Below, piece after piece: positions 33,896 to 40,646 of a stretch of DNA of 40,646 nucleotides (positions are counted from its first letter, which is position 1; every line of letters starts with the position of its first letter). Source of the DNA: Octopus bimaculoides (taxonomy: Eukaryota); the NCBI RefSeq assembly GCF_001194135.2, contig NC_068997.1, positions 47,688,521-47,729,166 of the forward strand, read 5' to 3'. Below the pieces are notes generated by a model that was not told the DNA's origin, did not search any database, and worked only from the letters and a program-made list of their open reading frames with translations. Both the position numbers and the translations under genes were made by a program.

Positions 33896-35569
33896 CATTT
33901 AAAAAGCAAATTGATTTAAGCTTCATTTATTCTTATTTGTATGCTTTTGAAGCCATAACATATTTTCGTTGGAGTCAAGCAAAATTTAAAATATGGACGA
34001 TTACCAAAAAGAAAAAAAAAAAACAGACCTAGTTTCAGTAACTGGAAAAAATGACTCATGACTTTGACTGTCAGAGGTTACAAAGTGATTTAATGGTTGA
34101 TTAGTGTCATGCATGACACTCAGCCATATGGTTACATTGTTGTAGACTCCTGCTGATTACACACACACACATATACACACACATACACATGCATATATGG
34201 GTACAGGACGTCACCAACGGTGCAAATAACATACACACGAGAGATAGATACAAGATGTGGACAGTAACTACAAGACAAAAATGAGTGAAATACGTAAACA
34301 ACAAGAAAGGGAAAACAGGACAAGCTGACATTGAAAAAGGAGCCTTCATCAGTTTTTGGCTGTCTGTCTACTCCCCATTTCCGAAACCTTCAATGGTAAC
34401 CTAGTATACAGATTTTTTTTTTGTTTTTTAGAATAAATGGCTGATTTAACTGTTGACAATAACTTTTTATAAAAACCACACAGTCGATCAATTCATATTT
34501 TACGTTGGTTTGCAATTTCAATATTGCTAGAACTGAAAATATTCAATTCACTCTCAAATTGGTTTTATAGAATAAGTTAAATTTCACAAGACATGTAGGG
34601 GAAATATAGAATCCAAGCTTTTAAGTTTGAAGTAGATTTGTAACTGGAACTCTAAGCAGCTACATTGTGTGGAGATTGTTAAAAAAAAAAAAACGATGAA
34701 AAATATTAAAATGCATTCAAAATATATTTTAAATTCTTGTCTCGAGAATTCGTCTCTTTGATGACCACTATAAATGGATATAGGATAATTCCACTGAATA
34801 AAGTAGTTATGCATCAGTGTCTCAAATATAGATGCAGTCAAGCTTTTAAAATATCCTGGGAAAGAAACTAATACCTGAATAATCGACTGCTAAGACAATA
34901 TTAAACTTAATATGCATTAGTCTGTTTTTACCAGTAAGATCTTTTAATTCTAAACTCGATCTTGTGTTAACTTTTTTTTAAAAAAACTATTTCCCTTTTT
35001 TAAACTTCAGTATAACTCAAAAATAAAGTCATTTGGTGTTTTCTTTCCTCAGTCAAGTTCCAGATTATCTCTGCAATTTTGGCTGGTTATACTTGAGATT
35101 GCTCCAAATCTGGCCAACCCCAAGGAAAAACTAAGCTAAGAGCATTAGATTCCGTGGAAGAAAGCAGCGAATGTATACAGAAACAACGGAAAAAAAGAAC
35201 GGAGAATGTTACACAAATACAAATAATAGGACATAACAACAGGCATCTTTTGACTAAGGACGAATTAAATTAAGTTCCCTTTTTTAAAGTTCAGTATAAT
35301 TCAAAAATAGAATGAAATTTTCTTCTAATTCTTCCAGCATCTCTTGAAACAACAAGACATAGTGATTATAGCATTAACAATCCCTTTCAAAGTATGCTAA
35401 GAGTTGAACGAACTGCTTATTTTAATGTTTAGTAACTTTTTGTAGTGGTTATGGTTTGGATCATTTGAGTATTTCATTATCGGTTAAGAACAATAGCATG
35501 ACAAAAGACACCTTCATTTTATCTACTCAACGATCATCCAAGCTGCATTACAAATATAAAATGTTTTTG

Positions 35570-36083
35570 TGTGAATGGATCGACGACCTGTTGAGGCAAG
35601 TGAAATTGAAATCGAACTAAATTCGACGACTGGCACCCATGCCAACGTCATCTCATTCATTGGACACGAAACTCGGCTTGCGAAGACCTGTTGGGGCAAG
35701 CGAAAGAGAAATCGTGATGGCACCTGTGCCCAGCGTCACCTTTCTGGCACTTGTGCCCGTGGCATGTGTAAGGACTTTCGAGCAAGATCGTTGCCAGTGC
35801 CGCTGGACTGGCTTTTGTGCAGGTGGCACGTAAAATACATCATTTTGAGCGTGGCCATTGCCAGAACCACCTGACTGGCCTTCGTACCGGTGGCACGTAA
35901 AAGCACCCACTACACTCTCGGAGTGGTTGGCGTTAGGAAGGGCATCCAGCTGTAGAAACTCTGCCAAATCAGATTGGAGCTTGGTGTAGCCATCTGGCTT
36001 CTCCAGTCCTCAGTCAAATCGTCCAACCTATGCTAGCATGGAAAGCGGATGTTAAACAATGATGATGATGATGATGATGATGA
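35570..36083 (+). mobile_element. RTE-LINE-derived 3' end
   Basis: Reverse complement of the 1563 and 37213 copies, ending in (GAT)n. Confidence 0.85.
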
Positions 36084-36536
36084 TTGTGATGAGGTCATTG
36101 TTTCATCCCACACCTCATATTATCATGTAATCTTCGTTTCTTTTTTTTATATCCTCACCCTTTCCCACTATTTAAGTTTGCTCACGATTTTACAGATAGA
36201 GATAGCTATCAAGTACTCAAGCTATTAAATATCTAAGTTCTTTGATGGACACCAATTAAACATTTGAGTTTATTACTATGACATTGTTTCACATGTCTTT
36301 CTGTATTTTTTCAATGTGTGACGGAAATGTATAAAAATTTGATTAGTATTTTATAGGTCAGATAAATGTAACAGAACACGTTATTGGATACGATTTCTCT
36401 GGCTGTTGTATGCTTCAAGGCCATTTTCTCGTAATGCTATACATTTTATGCTTCCATTTCCTCCTAGAAGTATACCTTCCCATATTTCCTATATATGAGA
36501 GTATTGTAGTTCGCTTGAAGCATTGTGTATTGTTTG

Positions 36537-36774
36537 TAAAGAATAACAAGTTTTGAATGGTACAACAATGCACTATAATACAAAAAACGGACTATAGACC
36601 TGTTGTAATTTAGTTATCCATAGTCCGATGGTATTTCAGAATACAATTCCTTCTTCAGATACTCTTAGATGGAGTCACTGCTATATATAGGACTATGGAT
36701 AACTAAATTACACCAAGTATATAGTCCATTTTTTGTATTATAGTGCATTGTTGTACCATTCAAAACTTTTTATT

Positions 36775-36779
<5 letters not shown>
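36537..36779. repeat. 90-bp inverted repeat (36537-36626 and 36690-36779) with a 63-bp spacer, Penelope-like relic
   Basis: 85 of 90 positions are complementary by manual alignment. The spacer contains a hammerhead-like core on the minus strand. Confidence 0.9.
36627..36658 (-). ncRNA. Minimal hammerhead-ribozyme-like motif (possibly degenerate)
   Basis: CTGAAGA-A-GGAAT-TGT-ATTCT-GAAA-TACC-ATC, giving core CUGANGA, a 4-5 bp stem II, GAAA and an AUC triplet. Stem I is weak, with one mismatch. Confidence 0.45.
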
Positions 36780-36827
<48 letters not shown>

Positions 36828-37212
36828 TATAAGTAAAATCACACCAATATGATTTTGGACATCCAATGTTTTCATACTGGCACAGTTGAACAAAAGTTGT
36901 CGAAGCAGTATTATAAAGCTGGATGTTTTCCCAGTCACTGTTCTTTCCTTGAATTCAGGAAAACTTACTTATTTCCTGTTTTTTTTTCCATGATAAATTG
37001 TCAGGATTAAAGAATGTGAAGACACAAATGGGCAAATACAAACATACACTCATACAATTATCTTGTGTATAGTCTTCACCAACTAGTTTCATTCACAAGG
37101 CATTACTCAGCCTGAGGCTACAGAACACACCCATAGGAACTGAAACCACTCAGTTCTATAGCAAACTTCTCAACTATACATGTCTGCTCCTATATATATA
37201 TATATATGTATA

Positions 37213-37770
37213 TCATCATCATCATCATTGTTTAACGTCTGCTTTCCATGCTAGCATGAGTTGGACGATTTGATTGAGGACTGGCGAACTAGATGGCTAC
37301 ACCAGGCTCCAATCTGATCTGGCAGAGTTTCTACAGCTGGATGCCCTTCCTAACGCCAACCACTCCGAGAGTGTATTGGGTGCTTTTACGTGCCACTGGC
37401 ACGAGGGCCAGTCAGGCGGTACTGGCAACGGCGACACTCAAGTGGTGTTTTTTACGTGCCACCTGCACAGGAGCTGGTTCAGCGGCACTGGCAACAACAT
37501 CGCTCAAATGTTTTTTCACATGTCACCGGCACACGTGTCAGTAAGGCGACACTGGTAACGAACACTTTTAAAAGGTGCTTTTTGCATGCCACTGGCACGG
37601 AAGCTGGTCAGCTGCTTTGGCAGTGATCCCGCTCAGATGGTGCTCTTAGCGCTCCAATGGCACAGGTGCCAGTCATTAAATTTGCGAATTTGATTTTGAT
37701 TTCGATTTCACTTGCCTCAGTAGGTCTTTGCAAGCAGAGTTTAGTGTCCAACGAAGGAAAGGTACGCACA
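37213..37770 (-). mobile_element. RTE-LINE-derived 3' end
   Basis: (CAT)n then gtttaacgtctgctttccatgctagcatg..., same family. Confidence 0.85.
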
Positions 37771-38014
37771 ATGAAATAGAATTCACAAGATTCTTTTATT
37801 ATTCACTACAAGGTGTATACCTGAATATAGAATTATCACACACACATGTACAGTAATTACTCATTTATAAGTTACACCCTTGTCACAATTTTTTTTTTTA
37901 TCTTCCCAGTTTTAGCATTACCCCATGCATTTGACTGCAAAAAGGTCCAATGCCATGTGTTTCAAAAAGGTTTAAATTTTAAACCCTTTATTTATATTGA
38001 AAGAACAATGCTTT

Positions 38015-38336
38015 TACAGTGGGACCTCAGTTTATGAATTTAATTCCGTCCTGAAGACCATTTGTCACCTGAAATGTTTGCAAATCAAAACTGTTTTGCC
38101 CATAGGAAACTTAAGAGCAACTGCAACAAATTTGAGCAGTGATGTGCACTGAACGAAAGCTAGACGATAATTGACTCTCTTCTGGCTGACACTATCAGTT
38201 TGCCATCAACCATTGTTGCTGTTTTGCATGTTTGCAACTTGAGACACTGCTCATCACCCGAGATGTTTTATGTTAAAAAAATTGTCATAAACTGATTTGT
38301 TCATGAGAGATGTTTGTAAACTGATGTTCCATTGTA
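38015..38336. mobile_element. Tigger-like MITE
   Basis: TA-flanked imperfect TIRs: tacagtgggacctcagtttatgaa versus the reverse complement of the right end, tacaatggaacatcagtttacaaa. Confidence 0.75.
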
Positions 38337-38649
38337 TTACATTTAAATTTTAAAAATAATTATTGAAAAATAACGAGGAATTTAATAAAATAACTTTGTC
38401 ATTATTAAAAAGTTATCTTGAACATAAATTAACATCATGTTTTGAAGGGGTCATTTTAAAATAGAAAATTTGTATCATAGATTAAGAAGCAGTCTTGGAT
38501 GAGTTGATATTAAAGGGATTAATTCTACCCTCAGAGTGAAAGGCAGATTTATGGTGCCTGTGTACGTACAACTGTGTTACATGGCGGACAAACATGGGCT
38601 TTGACTACAGAAGACTTACAAAAGCTTGAAATAAATTAAGCTAGGATGC

Positions 38650-39268
38650 TCCACTGGATGGGTAATGTCAGTGTGCATGCATGACAGAGTGAAAATGATT
38701 TAAGAGGAAAACTGGGTATAAGAGGCATCAGGTGTTGTGTGCAGGAGAGAAGATTGCATTGGTTTGGTCATGTGATGCATATGGATGAGGACAGCTGCAT
38801 AAAGTGCCAAGCTCTTATTGTGGCGGGTACGTGTGGAAGTGGTATACTCAGAAAGACATGAGATGAAGTGGTGGAAAGGATCTTTGGATGCTGGGCTTCA
38901 TTGAGGAAATGACAAGGGACTGGGAGATGTGGCGATTTGCTGTACTTGATGAGATGTGTCAAGCTAAGTAAAATCACTATCTTCCACACATACAAGCTTG
39001 TCCTTTCAGGTGCCGATGTCACTTAAAAAGCAGCCATGCCAGTGCTGCATCAGTGCACCTGTGCCAGTGTCACCTAAACACACTCGTGCCAGTGACACGT
39101 AAACAACACCTAGCACACTTCAAGTGGTTGGCATTAGGAAGGGCATCCAGCCATAGAAACCATGCCATAACAGACAGTTGGAATCTGGACAGTTCCCTGC
39201 TAGCCAGCTCCATCTCAAACCGTCCAACCCATGCCAGCATGGAGAGTGGACGTTAAATGATGATGATC
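38650..39268 (+). mobile_element. 5'-truncated RTE-clade LINE (ORF2 C-terminal relic, 3' UTR and (GAT)n tail)
   Basis: Translates to LRGKLGIRGIRCCVQERRLHWFGHVMHMDEDSCIK, matching the RLRWFGHVxRM motif of RTE ORF2. Followed by the 3' UTR shared with the copies below and a GATGATGAT tail. Confidence 0.85.
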
Positions 39269-39804
39269 CTAAAATTGACTATATGTATCATCAAAAGTTA
39301 TAATAATAACATTTTCTTATGCTTTCTTTTTTTCTTTCTCAAAACTTTCTAGGTTATATCATGAAATTATGCTGCACATTTCAGTAATCAACACTTGACA
39401 GACCAGTCAGGTGTTGTTCTTAGTAGCTTGTCTCTTTCTCTAAAAGGTTGCATTGTATTTCAAGCATGAATTTGCAGTCGGTCTAGGTAGGCTATATTGT
39501 CGTCATATAATATTACAATGCAGTTTTTATAGTCTTCTCACATGATACCGATGCCATTGCAAACCTTCAAGTGTCACATTTTTTCTTGTTACATGGCAGA
39601 CGGTGGGAAAAAACAAGTGCGTGACTGACTGAGTGTGTGTATGTATGTGTATATGTGTGTGTGCATGTTTTTTTTTAGTTTTAGCTCTAAACCAATCTGT
39701 AAATCAGTAACAAAATATTGTGTATTAATTACTGCAAGCCTCTTAATAACTGTTGTCTCACAACTTTATCCCGCTAGTGGTGGCGGTATGTTTTCTTTCT
39801 TTTT

Positions 39805-39884
39805 ATCAATCTATCTACCAGTCTATCTATCTATGTACCAATCTATCTATCTATGTACCAATTTACCAATCTATCTATCTACCA

Positions 39885-39916
<32 letters not shown>

Positions 39917-39918
39917 GT
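39805..39918. repeat. (CTAT)n tetranucleotide tract
   Basis: Directly visible. Confidence 0.9.
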
Positions 39919-39954
39919 CAATCCCAATTTTATTTGCATCCTTGCTCTATAGGA

Positions 39955-40215
39955 ACACTGTGGAGGTGCATGGCTTAGTGGTAAGGGTGTCAGCATCATG
40001 AGAGTAAGATTGTGGTTTCGATTCCTGGACCGGGTGACGCATTGTGTTCTTGAGCAAAACACTCCATTTCACGTTGTTCCAGTCCACTCAGCTGGCAAAA
40101 ATGAGTAACACTGCGAAGGACTGGTGTCCCGTCCAGCTGGGGAGCACCATACGCCATTGAAACCAAGAAACCAGGCCCACGAGCCTGGCTAGGCTTTAAA
40201 AGGGTGCATTTATTT
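39955..40215 (+). mobile_element. tRNA-headed SINE, family B-related
   Basis: ggcttagtggtaagggt...ggtttcgattcctggaccggg...gagcaaaacact. Confidence 0.8.
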
Positions 40216-40359
40216 TATTTTTCTGTAGGAACACTAAGTCATCTCCAATGCTTTCAATACTTGACACAAAACGGAAAAAAGAAAGAGTAGACCTTGACAA
40301 GATTTGAACTTGGAACTATTAAAGTGTCATAGCTAATTCATACAAGTAGCAACAATAGT

Positions 40360-40646
40360 GGTGAATGTGAACATGGTGGTGGTAGTAGTAGTAGTGGTGG
40401 TGGTGATAGTGTTACGAAGTAGTTGTGGTGATAGTAGTAGTGACAATGGTGGTAGTGGTGGTATAGTGGTATTAACAGTGTGGTGGTTATGATGATATTT
40501 GCACTACTGTGGTGGCGGAGTAGTAGTAGCAGTACTGTATGGTAGTGGGGTTGATAGTGGTGGCAGTAATAATGGCGGTGTTAGTAGTGTTGGTGATAGT
40601 GGTTGAAGTGGCAGTAATAGCAGTAGTAGTAACAGTGGTAGATAAA
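40360..40646. repeat. Degenerate (GGT/AGT)n tract
   Basis: Directly visible. Confidence 0.9.

Noticed and set aside
34339-34352. Minus-strand CTGATGAAGG hammerhead-like core
   Set aside because: No GAAA in register after a stem II.
34584-34890. Minus-strand ORF with acceptor- and donor-like sites (SIFETLMH...NYPIS)
   Set aside because: Only superficial resemblance to myosin GILET...GYP. It degenerates into poly-T codons, and the implied 19-nt intron is too short.

Overview
AT-rich, repeat-dense animal genomic DNA from a gapped draft assembly. The repeat content (tRNA-headed SINEs, RTE tails ending in (GAT)n, TTAGGG) resembles what I recall of octopus/coleoid cephalopod genomes; this is an inference and no search was run. 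The only host coding sequence I can support is two minus-strand exons (22124-22247 and 9759-9934) of an unconventional myosin, most like class XV. They splice in frame across a 12.2 kb intron and encode the converter end of the motor plus two IQ motifs. The rest is intron-like: SINEs, RTE 3' ends, two DD34D-type mariner relics, a DD37D (maT) relic, pogo/Tigger relics, TTAA-flanked MITEs, Penelope-like relics, microsatellites and N gaps. Three signals stand out. (1) A CpG-rich NRF1/ETS/YY1 promoter-like island at about 24570-24900, probably inside a myosin intron, with a plus-strand ATG mini-exon and a minus-strand pyrimidine tract. (2) A 90-bp inverted repeat whose arm starts exactly at the predicted cleavage site of a hammerhead-like motif. 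(3) A probable solo LTR carrying (TTAGGG)5 inserted into a MITE. Repeat boundaries were placed by eye and are approximate (about 10-30 bp) unless TSD/TIR coordinates are given. Nearly all ORFs in the supplied track are artefacts of repeats, microsatellites or N runs.
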